The notes beneath the pieces are model-generated. The model was given only the letters and a program-made list of their open reading frames with translations. It was not told where the DNA came from and did not search any database. Both the position numbers and the translations under genes were made by a program. A stretch of 64,000 bases of DNA from a virus, in the IMG/VR virus record IMGVR_UViG_3300042374_001687, positions 32,001-96,000 of that record; one strand, given 5' to 3'. Position 1 is the stretch's first letter. The number at the start of each line of letters is the position of its first letter. Shown in pieces: positions 8,937 to 19,728 of this stretch.

Positions 8937-11900
8937 TGGCAGAGATAAATGATTCACGCGGAAGAGTAACCGAAATCAATAGTGCTGAATTTGAAAAATT
9001 ATCGGCCTCGCTGCTGTCTGCCACGAAGATAGTGATAGACAATGTGTCTAAAATGGCCAAAGATCAAAGTTTGAATTCGGAAATTGTCAAGGCATTGGGC
9101 GATCTAGGCGAAAATGTTAGCAATAATGTAGAAGCATTGCGGAACTTGGTCGCTCAGATTAAGGAAGTTGGGGATGAACTTGAGAAACAAAAATCTGCCT
9201 CCTCCGAAGCAAGCAAAGGCGATAGGCAGTCATTAAGAGAAACAAATAGCATACTTCAAAAAATACTGGCTAGCCATGAAAAGGCCAGACAAGAAGTGTC
9301 GGAACGCATTCTTTTGGGTGCCGGTGCGGCAACGGCAGCGATAGGCGCGGACAGCCGTGCGGAAAGGGCGGCTGCGGCGGCGTTGAGGCATGGATCTGGT
9401 GGTGGACGAAACGGAGGAGGGCCGCCCATTAACCCATCTTCGCCGGGAGATCCGGGCGATGCTGCAAGGTATAGAAAGCACGGCGAGGATCTAGCTGCCT
9501 ACATCAACCAAGGGTTCAATGACAATTTTAAGGTACGGATGGCCAAGCTTGCGATGGGCGTTAGCAGCATGATGCTTGGCGGGCATGGGAGTTTAATACA
9601 GAGCATCTTTGCGGGCTCCGTGGCCGATGCCACAGAGTTCGGACAAGAGATGAAGGAAATAGCATTTCAAACACAAGGCGTAACGGGTGAATTTAGAAAT
9701 ATGCAGAACGAGTTCGCCAATCTAGGCGGCTCGGTCGTCAGTGAGACAGGCAAGACTGTGGACGCTCTCCAAAAGGCAGTGACTACAAACTTCAAGAAAG
9801 GATTCAAGAATCAAAAGGATGGGTTAAAGGTTCTCAAGTCTGGCTTGTTCTTGTCTACGATGATCGGATCAGAGACGCAGCAGACGGCCGAGCTGTTTGG
9901 TGATTGGCACAGGACGCTCGGAATGAGCGCAAACCAAATGAGCGACCTCGCAAGAAGCATGAGGGATGTCGCTCTTTCAACGGGGGTGACCGGGGATGAG
10001 CTTTTGGGAGCAATGAAATCGTCCGAGGGAATCCTCAAAAACATGAGGAACCAAGGAATCCTCACATCCTCAGCGGCAAGATCAACGATACAGATGGTCG
10101 CCGAGTTCAAGAAGACCGGGTTTGAAGAGAACACAAAGTTCGTAGAGGCTATGTCCAGTTATGCCGGGATGATGAATGCCGATCAGCGTACTCAAGCTCT
10201 TCTTTTTAGCGTTGCTGCACAAGCTGGGGGCGATGCGTCGGAGAGGATGATTTTTGGAAATTTCGGAAAGACCAGAAAGGATCAATCGGTTTTTGCTTCA
10301 AGTTTGAAAGATATGGTTGCTGAGGCGATAGGAAGAGGTCCCGGCCAAGGAAAGAACTTGGATTTCAAAAATCTGTCCGAGGAAGAAAGACAGATATTGT
10401 CTGTATTTTCAGAAAGCTTGGGAACAAGCATAGCCGGGTTGGAGAGTTTGGCGTCAACATATGAAAAGTCCAGTAGGGGACTAGACGCAACATTAGAAGA
10501 GCTTGACAAGAAAGCCAGTTCCAAGTTTGGGACAGAAGAAGAGAAGAAACAAGCCTTACAGCAGAAGAATCAAGCGATAATGGGCGCTGGACAGAACGCC
10601 CTTGCGTCGCTCAGAGAAAAATCGGCTGAGGATATAAATCTAAAAGACGCAATGAAGCAGATCTACGAGAGTAGAGATTTTTCAAATAGTAAAGATGATA
10701 TGTCGTCAGCCATGATAAATCTCGCCTCAAATTCCGCCGAGATGGCCAAAAAGTTTGGCCTCAGCGGAACGAAGGAGCAGATGGCAGCACAAGTTGCTGG
10801 GATGGGTGAACAAAAGTTTTTTGAAAACAGCATGGTTGCGAGCGTAGAGGCCCTTATGAAGGGTCAAAAGGAACAAGGATTGGATGTCGGCGACTACAGT
10901 GCGATGCTCAAGGCGCTAAAAACGGGCGACACAAAGACATTCAATGAGATGTACGACAAGTTTGACAAGGATCAAAAGATTCTTGCGACAAAGACTGAGG
11001 CGGCTCTGGATCCGGCAAAGGCCCTCGCGAATAGCATGGCTGAGTTTAATGAGAAGGTCAGGAACTTTGTTTCTAAATTCGTATCTTCCTCTATGGCCTT
11101 GATAGGATCCATGGGCTTGCTTGCGCTTCAAATAGGACTAAACAGTGCGGCGTTGTGGGCGACGCTGGGAAGCCCAGTCAGAGGAATAGGATCGTGGCTC
11201 GCTGGTTTGGGGGGCATGGGCGGGACAGCGGCTGGGGCTGCGGGGGTCGGCGGCGCGGGCGGCAAGCGATTTAATCCGAGAGACATTTTTGGATCATTGG
11301 ATGAAACGGGAGATAGATGGAAAAACAACATTGTCGGATCATTAGAGGATGTTGGAGAAAGAGGATCTAAATTCTTCAATAAGGTTGGAAATGCTTTTGA
11401 AAATGCTTCACGATCATTCAAGGAGTCAAGAAAAGGAATTGATGCCTATTTCTTCAAATTGAAGCCCAAGGGAATTTTTGAGTCGCTTTTGAATTCTGGG
11501 GACGCTTTTTTGGACACATTTTCAAAGTCCAAGACGAAGCCGCTAACAAAGTTGTTGGACAGTTTCAAAAACACGAGACCTTATAAGACTACAGCTTCGG
11601 CACTGGATCATGTGAAAAAAGCATTTAAAGAAAGCAGCAAGGCATTCGCTCTGGCTAGGCGCGGAAATGCAGGGTTGGGTTTCAAGGTTCCCCCAAAGAA
11701 CATACTCAAATCGTCATTCCAGTCCGTGGATAAGTTTTTTGATGTTTTTACGGGAGGTAGAGTAGCCAAGGGCTTTAATTTCATTACAAACTCCTTCAAG
11801 AATGTATGGAAGGGTTTAAAAATAGACTTGGTGGGAGGACCCAATCCATTTGATTTAATTTCTAGAGCCTGGAAGAGCAAGGGGGGCTTCTCTGGCCTGA

Positions 11901-14900
11901 CGAAGGTGTTCTCTGGCGGCTTCGGGGGCTTCTTTAGAAACATCGGCGGAATATTCAAAGGTGGCATGATGGCCACCGCGAAGGGAGCAAGGGCGGCAAT
12001 ATTGGGGGGTACTGCCGGAACCGCCCAATTGGTCTTTACGGCTATCGACGCGGTGTTTGGTGCAGTCAGCGGATTCCAGAACACCGGAAAGAACTTTGAA
12101 GGACTAATGAAGGCCATGGGCAAAGAGACCCAAGACATGACATGGGGAATGTACGCCGCGTCAACGACCTCGGGAGCATTAGTTGGAATATTGGATGGTT
12201 TGACATTCGGCTTGCTGAGGTTCAGCGGGGCTGCTGAGTGGCTTGAGAAGTTCTTGTCCTTGACGCTTTATGGAGCGTTCACAATTTTTGAGGGAGTGCT
12301 CCAAGGTTTCTACGATGTTCTAAAACCAGTTGGCAGGGCGTTTTTATACATAGGAGAGCAATTCAAGGGAATCGGAGAATCGTTCCTGAAGGTTTTCAAC
12401 TCAATAGCCAGCATATTCGGTGCGGAAGCGGCCGATTTGAGCGGAGCATTTGCCTTAATTATTCCGTGGCTGAAGCCGATAGGAAGAGCAATTGGTTGGA
12501 TTGTTGGAGCACCAATAGGAGCCGCACTCTGGGTTGTGGTCAAGGCCATAAGCGCCGTAATAGGTGTTGTTGAAATTTTAGCAAATGTATTTGCTGCCGC
12601 AGTTAAATGGGTTACAAGTTTTGTAAAGGCAATAGGCTCTATATTTACTGGCGATTGGAGTGCACTAGGGAAGAACTTGACAGACATGGGCGGAGCAATG
12701 TTGGATGCGGTTACAGGCATATTCAAACCAATAGTCAATTGGATTTGGAGCATAGCCGCAGACATAATATCTCCTTTCAAATGGCTAGGTGATATTCTTA
12801 TATGGAATTCAATAATTCCAGACATGTGTTACGGAATAGCAGGCTTCTTTGCCGGAATGGCAAAAACCGTTTTGCTTGGACTTGGAAAGTTCGTGTTCAA
12901 TGTGGCGCGCTTTTTCTTAAAGCTTCCGTTCAAAATAATGAAGGGCTTGTTCAACACCTTTGTTAGGTCTCCCATAAAGCTCATGGGAAGATTCATAAAA
13001 GGAGCTGCTAAGGTGTGGCAGAACCTATCGCCGTATGTTGACGAATTCTTCTCGCTTTTTAAGAAAAACTTGTACGATTATGTCGGCATAGCGATAAGGG
13101 CTTGGAAGGGGTTGTTGGACTACATATCAGGAGGGTGGTTTAGCAAGATATTGGGTTGGCTTAAGGGATTTGGGAAATGGATAGACGATTATATCTGGCA
13201 ACCTTTGAAGGACTTGGGGGGCAAAGTTCTAAAGTGGGCGGACGAATACATATTGACACCTTTGAAAAATCTTGGGTCAAGAGTCGCAAAGTTAGCGGAT
13301 GACTGGCTCGTCAAACCGTTCGCCAGCGCAATGCAATCAATAAGCCAGAAGTTCAGCGACTATCTTTTCAAGCCCGTGACCAATTTCTTGCAAAAGATCG
13401 GCCTAATAGGAAAAGAGACTGCAAAGAGTGCAGGAAAAGCGGCTACTGCCGCAGCCAACCCAGTCGCATCCGCAGCGGATGATGCAGCAAAGGCTGCGGG
13501 GAAGGCTGCGGCTCAAAAGGGCGGTTGGTTCAGAAAGATTTTCGGAAATGCGGATGATGTGGCAAAAACCAATCCCTTCGGCAAAATGGGAGGCAGTATG
13601 GGTAAGGCCGCTAGAGCAACATCAAAGGCTGCTGTTGTTGATGATGCCGCGAAGGTGGTTTTGTCCAGTGCCGATGATATTGCAAAGGCGGCTCCCAAGG
13701 CGCTTGGCTTCTTAGGTAAGGCGTCTAAATTTGTCGGCGTTGCAGCAAAGAAACTCCCTGTCGTGGGCCCGCTGATTGATTTCGGCATTAGAAAGATGAC
13801 GGGCGAGAGCACAAGTAAGGCGGCAGTAGGGGCTGCCGGCGGGATGGCCGGAGGTCTTGCCGGGGCGGCGGCGGGCGCGGCTATAGGAAGCATAATTCCA
13901 GTTATAGGAACCGGAGTAGGGGCTTTTGTTGGGGGTATTGTCGGCAGTCTCGGCGGAGGATGGATAGCAGATACGATATATGACAATGTAGGAGGAGCAT
14001 TTAGCACCATTGGCAGCGGGTTGAAATCAACCTTCGTTGACTTTCCGATGTGGGTAGGAGGAAAGGTCAAGGACGGATTCAACTCTGTCGGTTCATGGAT
14101 AGGAGAAAAGGCGTATGGAGTCTATGAGTCGGCCGGGGGTGCGGTTGACTGGGCCTTGAAGAAATCCGAACAGCTCGGCAACTACATGGGCAAGATGCTA
14201 GATCCGGCAGCTTGGGGAACATGGCTGGGTGGTTTGCAAGAAGGATTGAATGGAATATGGGGATGGATGAAAGGATGGATTCCGGGGCTAGGGGCGGCTG
14301 CGGAGGGCTTCAGCCAGACGGCAGCCGAACAAGCCAGATCGATGGAGACCAACGGCCCAAGCACTGCACACGCAGTAGGTAGCGTCTATGGGGCTGGGGC
14401 GAACTTGTTGCAAGGTAATGTCTGGGAGGCCGGCTCTAAGGCTGGAATGGCCATACAAGAAACGGGAATGGCGGCAGTAGAGAATGCCAAGATCGTGGGA
14501 GCAGCAATACAAAAAGGATTTAGTTCGGCTTGGGGAGGACTGAAGTCGATGTTCGGCTATGGAGATTCATTGGACAAGCAAGTGGAACAAGGAAAGGCCA
14601 TGGAAAAAACCATGGAAATGGGACAAAACCCTGGGTCCATATATGTTCATGACACTCATACGGAAAAAGCCCTCAACGATTTGATGGGCAAACTGATGCC
14701 AGCAGCAACTTCCGGATCGGGTCTTGAAAACCTATTGAAGAAGACGCAAGTGGGCCTAGAGGACAGGGCGGTGGCACTCACCACGCCGGTTGGGCACCAC
14801 GCAATCCCGATGGTAAGGCCAGAAAGCGAATCGGAGGTCGGTGCAGTTCAGCCAGTTCACTTGCGCGACATAACCGAGTCCATACTTAGAGAAAAGACAA

Positions 14901-15181
14901 GCGCCCAAGCTGGGACGAATAAATTGCAGAGCGACGAGTTGGCAAGGATAGAAGAGGCATCCAAGGAGCAAGTTGACGAACTTGTCCAGATAAAGGAAGC
15001 CATCAATTCATTGGTAGATCTTATGAAGCCGAGGTCATCCATATTGCCGGGCGGAGGAGCAAATAGCCAAGGAAATACAAGGGATCCCAGAAGTCCCGTG
15101 CATGCGGCAATTTTTGGAAATAGCAGATATGGCCGAGTGGGAGATAGTGCAAATAGAAGTCTTGTAAATAACGGAAAGTAA
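8933..15181 (+). CDS. tail tape measure protein
   Basis: 2082 aa, A/G/K-rich and helical, with hydrophobic segments, aromatic periodic repeats (WIDDYIWQPLKDLG.. / WADEYILTPLKNLG..) and a glycine zipper (GAAAGAAIGSIIPVIGTGVG). It lies directly upstream of the baseplate genes. Confidence 0.88.
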   Translation: MMAEINDSRGRVTEINSAEFEKLSASLLSATKIVIDNVSKMAKDQSLNSEIVKALGDLGENVSNNVEALRNLVAQIKEVGDELEKQKSASSEASKGDRQSLRETNSILQKILASHEKARQEVSERILLGAGAATAAIGADSRAERAAAAALRHGSGGGRNGGGPPINPSSPGDPGDAARYRKHGEDLAAYINQGFNDNFKVRMAKLAMGVSSMMLGGHGSLIQSIFAGSVADATEFGQEMKEIAFQTQGVTGEFRNMQNEFANLGGSVVSETGKTVDALQKAVTTNFKKGFKNQKDGLKVLKSGLFLSTMIGSETQQTAELFGDWHRTLGMSANQMSDLARSMRDVALSTGVTGDELLGAMKSSEGILKNMRNQGILTSSAARSTIQMVAEFKKTGFEENTKFVEAMSSYAGMMNADQRTQALLFSVAAQAGGDASERMIFGNFGKTRKDQSVFASSLKDMVAEAIGRGPGQGKNLDFKNLSEEERQILSVFSESLGTSIAGLESLASTYEKSSRGLDATLEELDKKASSKFGTEEEKKQALQQKNQAIMGAGQNALASLREKSAEDINLKDAMKQIYESRDFSNSKDDMSSAMINLASNSAEMAKKFGLSGTKEQMAAQVAGMGEQKFFENSMVASVEALMKGQKEQGLDVGDYSAMLKALKTGDTKTFNEMYDKFDKDQKILATKTEAALDPAKALANSMAEFNEKVRNFVSKFVSSSMALIGSMGLLALQIGLNSAALWATLGSPVRGIGSWLAGLGGMGGTAAGAAGVGGAGGKRFNPRDIFGSLDETGDRWKNNIVGSLEDVGERGSKFFNKVGNAFENASRSFKESRKGIDAYFFKLKPKGIFESLLNSGDAFLDTFSKSKTKPLTKLLDSFKNTRPYKTTASALDHVKKAFKESSKAFALARRGNAGLGFKVPPKNILKSSFQSVDKFFDVFTGGRVAKGFNFITNSFKNVWKGLKIDLVGGPNPFDLISRAWKSKGGFSGLTKVFSGGFGGFFRNIGGIFKGGMMATAKGARAAILGGTAGTAQLVFTAIDAVFGAVSGFQNTGKNFEGLMKAMGKETQDMTWGMYAASTTSGALVGILDGLTFGLLRFSGAAEWLEKFLSLTLYGAFTIFEGVLQGFYDVLKPVGRAFLYIGEQFKGIGESFLKVFNSIASIFGAEAADLSGAFALIIPWLKPIGRAIGWIVGAPIGAALWVVVKAISAVIGVVEILANVFAAAVKWVTSFVKAIGSIFTGDWSALGKNLTDMGGAMLDAVTGIFKPIVNWIWSIAADIISPFKWLGDILIWNSIIPDMCYGIAGFFAGMAKTVLLGLGKFVFNVARFFLKLPFKIMKGLFNTFVRSPIKLMGRFIKGAAKVWQNLSPYVDEFFSLFKKNLYDYVGIAIRAWKGLLDYISGGWFSKILGWLKGFGKWIDDYIWQPLKDLGGKVLKWADEYILTPLKNLGSRVAKLADDWLVKPFASAMQSISQKFSDYLFKPVTNFLQKIGLIGKETAKSAGKAATAAANPVASAADDAAKAAGKAAAQKGGWFRKIFGNADDVAKTNPFGKMGGSMGKAARATSKAAVVDDAAKVVLSSADDIAKAAPKALGFLGKASKFVGVAAKKLPVVGPLIDFGIRKMTGESTSKAAVGAAGGMAGGLAGAAAGAAIGSIIPVIGTGVGAFVGGIVGSLGGGWIADTIYDNVGGAFSTIGSGLKSTFVDFPMWVGGKVKDGFNSVGSWIGEKAYGVYESAGGAVDWALKKSEQLGNYMGKMLDPAAWGTWLGGLQEGLNGIWGWMKGWIPGLGAAAEGFSQTAAEQARSMETNGPSTAHAVGSVYGAGANLLQGNVWEAGSKAGMAIQETGMAAVENAKIVGAAIQKGFSSAWGGLKSMFGYGDSLDKQVEQGKAMEKTMEMGQNPGSIYVHDTHTEKALNDLMGKLMPAATSGSGLENLLKKTQVGLEDRAVALTTPVGHHAIPMVRPESESEVGAVQPVHLRDITESILREKTSAQAGTNKLQSDELARIEEASKEQVDELVQIKEAINSLVDLMKPRSSILPGGGANSQGNTRDPRSPVHAAIFGNSRYGRVGDSANRSLVNNGK

Positions 15182-15195
15182 AAAAGGTAAAAACA

Positions 15196-15783
15196 ATGCC
15201 AGCAGCAACAATAACGGGCGGTCCTCTCGTTCCCATAAAAGATTGTTACATAATAATACCATGCCAAGACTGTTTCTCGTTGCGTGACTTTTCGGGAAGG
15301 TACTACAAGAACAATGAATTCACACTTCAGATGAAAGTTCTTCCCGAAATAACAGACACCAAGTCCGCATCTTATAACGACGAGGTGGTTATCGGAAGGT
15401 CTTCTCCCCTCAAAACCTACTCCCAGTCGGACAACAGGGCAATAACGATGACAATACACATGATCGTTTCAGAGCCCGAGGATATAAACTACAATATGAT
15501 GGCTCTCAGGGCGATTCAGAGTGCGACCTATCCCCAAATGGGTCAAAACGGGGCTCCCTTCGTGCCTCCCCCTGTTTGTCGCATGAAATGCGGACAATTG
15601 CTCGCCGAATACGAAGAATTATGCGTAATTCTGAAAAATTACTCTGTTAAATTTCCTACGGAGGTTGCTTGGGAAGAAGCGACCTTCGTGCCTTTCAAGT
15701 TTGACATAGAAACCAGTTGGGATGTGGTATACAAAAGTGCCGAACTGCCGGGGCAAGAGAGAATTTTCAAACTGGGGAAGTGA
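15196..15783 (+). CDS. tail tube initiator / baseplate protein (CIS-tube, gp48/gp54-like)
   Basis: IGRSSPLKTYSQSDNRAIT and PPPVCRMKCG...ILKNYSV motifs, positioned after the tape measure. Confidence 0.75.
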   Translation: MPAATITGGPLVPIKDCYIIIPCQDCFSLRDFSGRYYKNNEFTLQMKVLPEITDTKSASYNDEVVIGRSSPLKTYSQSDNRAITMTIHMIVSEPEDINYNMMALRAIQSATYPQMGQNGAPFVPPPVCRMKCGQLLAEYEELCVILKNYSVKFPTEVAWEEATFVPFKFDIETSWDVVYKSAELPGQERIFKLGK

Positions 15784-15786
15784 ACG

Positions 15787-16113
15787 ATGGCCAACAAAAT
15801 AGAATTCACAAATTTAAGCGCTATGGAATTCGTAACCAGAGTGAGCAGATATGCAGACAGCAGAATTATCTATTATTCAGATGAAAAAATAATCACATTT
15901 GAAACATACAAAAAAAATAAGTTTGTTGAATCTAGTGGAGATAAGGTTGCTGTAATTCCCCCAGGAATGGAATTCAGACCAGATCTGGTTTCAAAGGAAA
16001 AATATGGATTACCAGACTTTTGGTGGAAGATAATGGAGGTGAACAGCATAAAGGACATATTTGAATTTAAGGCGGGAAGGACGATAGTCCTACCGGAAAA
16101 CATATATGGTTAG
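15787..16113 (+). CDS. baseplate wedge LysM-like protein (gp53/tail X-like)
   Basis: RPDLVSKEKYGLPDFWWKIMEVN...GRTIVLP. Confidence 0.85.
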   Translation: MANKIEFTNLSAMEFVTRVSRYADSRIIYYSDEKIITFETYKKNKFVESSGDKVAVIPPGMEFRPDLVSKEKYGLPDFWWKIMEVNSIKDIFEFKAGRTIVLPENIYG

Positions 16114-17593
16114 TGAAAACTGCCTGGCGGGATGTGCGGCCAATTACGCATGTGGGGAGCTCCAATTGCCCGGTCCGGCAAGAGAACAAGCAGAGAGTTT
16201 TGCCCCGTGGGTTTGGGTGCAAATCGGCAACGGAGACCAGATAACGGTCGGCAACAAATCCTACCCCACAAATGAGAACAAGGCTTGCATAAAATCTTTT
16301 GAAATCGGATGGTCTGATACGCCTACTGTTGAGGTTGAAATTCTAGATGAATCCGGCGGCAGAATGGGCGCTATTTTAGATTCATTGGTGAAGTGTCCCT
16401 ATAGAGTTGGCCTTGATACTCAGATGAAATTCCAGTTCGGATGGACGATGATCACATGCGAAGGCCAAAAAAGGGTTGTCCCGTCTGTTCCTTTTAGAAC
16501 TATCATCAGAGACTTGGATGTAAATTACAGCGAAGGAAAAATAAAATATAAGATAACAGGGGCCACTGTCGTACCTCTACTTGAATCAATGAGAAGCAAT
16601 GAAACTTGGGGAACACAAGAAAACCCGATTGACATAGAAACTGCGATAAGGACTTTGTGTTCTAAAGAACCGCAAGTTAATGTCAGATTCATGAAAAAAC
16701 AACCTGACGGCAAATTCGTAGACACAGAATTTGATTGGAAGGGATACGGAAAAGGCGGGCCGAAAGTTTATTGGCAAGGAGACAATTCAAATAGGCTTGC
16801 GATCATAGTAAAATGGTTAGAGCCATATAGAATAAATGATGGGACTGCCGAAGGATCGGGCCTTGCGTTGGCGTGGTGGCCGACAGAACCCAACACATTG
16901 GTTATTTTTCCGGACGTATTGAAAGCAGAATTTAATGCTTGTAATAAAAGTGATGTGGATTCAAATCTTGGAACTTTTATAGTCAATGGAGGAAAGTGCA
17001 GTACGGTGATAGAATTTACTCCTAAATTTAATTGGACAAACGCACAATCAAATTTTTTGGCCGGCGGAGGAACATCCGGTCCCGGGAACACGGCAAATCA
17101 AAATTACATAGATGCCAAAGTAAGTGGAAAAGATGGAGATTGTGGCAATGAGGTTGGTTTGCAACAACAATTAACAATAACTCAACAAGCTTGGGAATCC
17201 TATGGACCCAAAAATGCATGGAAAGAATTGATGAAGTCTCAAAGGGCACATTTTCTTGCGGGAAGAATATCTTCAAATGGTCAAGGAATGAGGGCCGATT
17301 TAAAAATACTGGGGGATCCTAGGCCTATGTTTTGTCAAATGGCGAAAGGGAAACATGTTTCAATAGTTGCAATAAATCCATTTCATTTGGGAGGTGATGG
17401 TTGTGGAGTTTGGCTCGCAGAGCCCGGGTGTAATCCGATCATGAGCAACAGAAAATGGATGGTAGAAGGAATAAATCACTCCATTCAATCAGGATCTTAT
17501 ACAACTACTTTAAAGTTGCTCCTCGCCTTGCCGGGCGTGGATGTTCCTGTTGGAGAGCCACTTGGCGGAGCGGGGAGCGGAGGTCCGAGCTAA
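16106..17593 (+). CDS. baseplate hub protein (gp27/gpD-like)
   Basis: Lies between LysM and spike. C-terminal LKILGDP...WMVEGINHSIQSGSYTTTLKL is the hub signature. Confidence 0.78.
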   Translation: MVSENCLAGCAANYACGELQLPGPAREQAESFAPWVWVQIGNGDQITVGNKSYPTNENKACIKSFEIGWSDTPTVEVEILDESGGRMGAILDSLVKCPYRVGLDTQMKFQFGWTMITCEGQKRVVPSVPFRTIIRDLDVNYSEGKIKYKITGATVVPLLESMRSNETWGTQENPIDIETAIRTLCSKEPQVNVRFMKKQPDGKFVDTEFDWKGYGKGGPKVYWQGDNSNRLAIIVKWLEPYRINDGTAEGSGLALAWWPTEPNTLVIFPDVLKAEFNACNKSDVDSNLGTFIVNGGKCSTVIEFTPKFNWTNAQSNFLAGGGTSGPGNTANQNYIDAKVSGKDGDCGNEVGLQQQLTITQQAWESYGPKNAWKELMKSQRAHFLAGRISSNGQGMRADLKILGDPRPMFCQMAKGKHVSIVAINPFHLGGDGCGVWLAEPGCNPIMSNRKWMVEGINHSIQSGSYTTTLKLLLALPGVDVPVGEPLGGAGSGGPS

Positions 17594-17603
17594 GGATTAA
17601 TAT

Positions 17604-19727
17604 ATGGCAGATAATAAAATAAGGTCAGATTATAGTTCCATTCCTGAAAACATACAGATGATAGAGCAGAGACTCGCTCAAGTAGAGGAGCGATTTTCTG
17701 ACATGGGTTATGGAGTAAGATCATTAGTTACGACTGTAGTTAAGGATAATGTGGACATACCGGCCCAACAAGAGGCGATATATGGTATGCACACGGCAAT
17801 TTGTATAAGCACAATAGACCCATGGAAAATGGGAAGGGTCAGATATTTCAGTCCTTTGCAGCACATGATGAACAGTCAAGTAGACTCACTCCCTTGGGCG
17901 TATCCGATTTCTAATCAAGGTGGTTTTGACGACTCGGGCTGTACCTGGGTTCCGCCAGCCGGATCAAAACTGTGCTTAATATTTGAGGCTGGGAACAGGC
18001 AGTGGCCATATTATCTCGGAACCACATGGGATAGGGACAGGTCACCCGGATGGAACTTTCCCGTTCCTGAATATGAAAAAATCCACAGAGGCCACCGGGG
18101 AGGGTATCTTTTGGGTCCTGACGAAACACAAGTGTTTCCCCCTTGGAATACAGAGAACTACAACGGGATAGACATAGATTCAATCAATGATTTTGAAAGC
18201 GATCCCGAGGCGAGAAACAAGATAACATACCCAAACATATATGGATGGAAGACACCTCAGAAGCACATGATAAAGATGGTGGATGGGAATTACAAGTGTA
18301 ATTTTCGTTGGCAGAGGTTAGAGATAAAGTCGGCACAAGGCAATCACCTCATATTCAAGGACGACAGGGTCCATCCTGCCGCCCAGTGGGCAAATCCTAA
18401 GTGTGGATGCGGATCCGGAGATTTCAGCAAGTGCAACGAGGGAGACGAGCCCATAGAGCAGCCTGACCAGTGTCCAGCAAATGTGCAAGGCGATAACACT
18501 CCCGTTTCTCCAAGTGTGATGATGATAGGCGGTGGTGGTGCAAGCGGATCAAGCGGGGGAGGAAGTTCTGAGGGACAGTGTGCAAATCCTTATTTTAAAC
18601 ACAGAAGTGAATGCCGACCATATACAGGTCCCGGCAATCCTCAAAATAACAAGGTAGACAAGACTACGCTTCCGCAATCCGGAATACAAATGACCTCATT
18701 GAGCGGACATACATTCTGGATGGATGACTCGGTGAACGAACCCAAGGGCAAGAACAACTGGGAGCGGGGCATTCAAATGTTTGATTATGGATGCGACAAG
18801 GTCTTCAAAGGCAAAACAACATGGAAGTCGGCTCACGGCCATCAGATAATGATCAGCGATGTAGAGCCGGACGGGTTGCCCAACACAAGAGGCGATGAAA
18901 ATTTCATCAGACTCCTCACTGCCACAGGCAACAGAATAGAGATGAATGACGACACCCAAGGGGAAAGCTGCAAGGCAGGCCCAAGGAGAGGGATAGAACT
19001 CCACAGCACCTCAAACCACATCATTCAAATGATTGACGAGAATAACGATCAGTGTGGTCCCAAAAGAAGAGAGGGAGGGATGCCCATCAACAAGGCCACA
19101 AATGCATTTGTAAGGATAAGGACAGGATACGGTTTGGAAATGATGATGGCGGACGACAATCACCAAAAAGATACACAGACCCAATATATCCAGATAACCG
19201 CGCCTCAGTACGACGCTTGTTGTGGGCCTCATTTTATAAGAATGCAAGAAAGTGATTATTGCGGATACATCTTCATTCGTGCCGGAGGCGATTACATCTG
19301 CATGACTGAGGGAGACCATGTCACAGTCGTAGGGGTTGGAGAAACAACGCCGAAAGACGATTTTTGCAAGGGAGGATGCCTTGGCCCAAGAAACTGGATA
19401 ACCCTTGCGTCCCAACACTCGGTGCACTGGTCTTGCAATTTTTACTTTAATAAGGCGGAAATCCATGCATTCTTGGCGGACAAGTTCATACTATTGATGG
19501 CGGGAAAAGATTGCCCTCCGCCTCCTGATTCGGAGAGTATGGAATGCGTGCCTTGCGTCGGACAAGTGGCGGTTCTCTTGACAGACCCCATAACTAAGAC
19601 ATCAAGGCTCGTCGCAAGCGACAGAGTTTTTGCCTCGGCCTCGCTAGAAGCACCTTGCATAAGCATGCTTAGCATGATGCAGAAATGCGACGGCGTAAAC
19701 TGCCCTCCCCCTTACATAGGTAACTGA
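17604..19727 (+). CDS. baseplate central spike (gp5/gpV/VgrG OB-fold), Cys-rich
   Basis: DPWKMGRVR...LPWAYP...WVPPAGSKLCLIFEAGNRQWPYYLG OB-fold, followed by repeated SxxGHxxxxDD beta-helix units. Confidence 0.88.
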   Translation: MADNKIRSDYSSIPENIQMIEQRLAQVEERFSDMGYGVRSLVTTVVKDNVDIPAQQEAIYGMHTAICISTIDPWKMGRVRYFSPLQHMMNSQVDSLPWAYPISNQGGFDDSGCTWVPPAGSKLCLIFEAGNRQWPYYLGTTWDRDRSPGWNFPVPEYEKIHRGHRGGYLLGPDETQVFPPWNTENYNGIDIDSINDFESDPEARNKITYPNIYGWKTPQKHMIKMVDGNYKCNFRWQRLEIKSAQGNHLIFKDDRVHPAAQWANPKCGCGSGDFSKCNEGDEPIEQPDQCPANVQGDNTPVSPSVMMIGGGGASGSSGGGSSEGQCANPYFKHRSECRPYTGPGNPQNNKVDKTTLPQSGIQMTSLSGHTFWMDDSVNEPKGKNNWERGIQMFDYGCDKVFKGKTTWKSAHGHQIMISDVEPDGLPNTRGDENFIRLLTATGNRIEMNDDTQGESCKAGPRRGIELHSTSNHIIQMIDENNDQCGPKRREGGMPINKATNAFVRIRTGYGLEMMMADDNHQKDTQTQYIQITAPQYDACCGPHFIRMQESDYCGYIFIRAGGDYICMTEGDHVTVVGVGETTPKDDFCKGGCLGPRNWITLASQHSVHWSCNFYFNKAEIHAFLADKFILLMAGKDCPPPPDSESMECVPCVGQVAVLLTDPITKTSRLVASDRVFASASLEAPCISMLSMMQKCDGVNCPPPYIGN

Positions 19728-19728
19728 T

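Noticed and set aside
9233-15459. Numerous antisense ORFs within the tape measure gene
   Set aside because: They are shadow ORFs of a long Ala/Gly-rich coding strand with no motifs.
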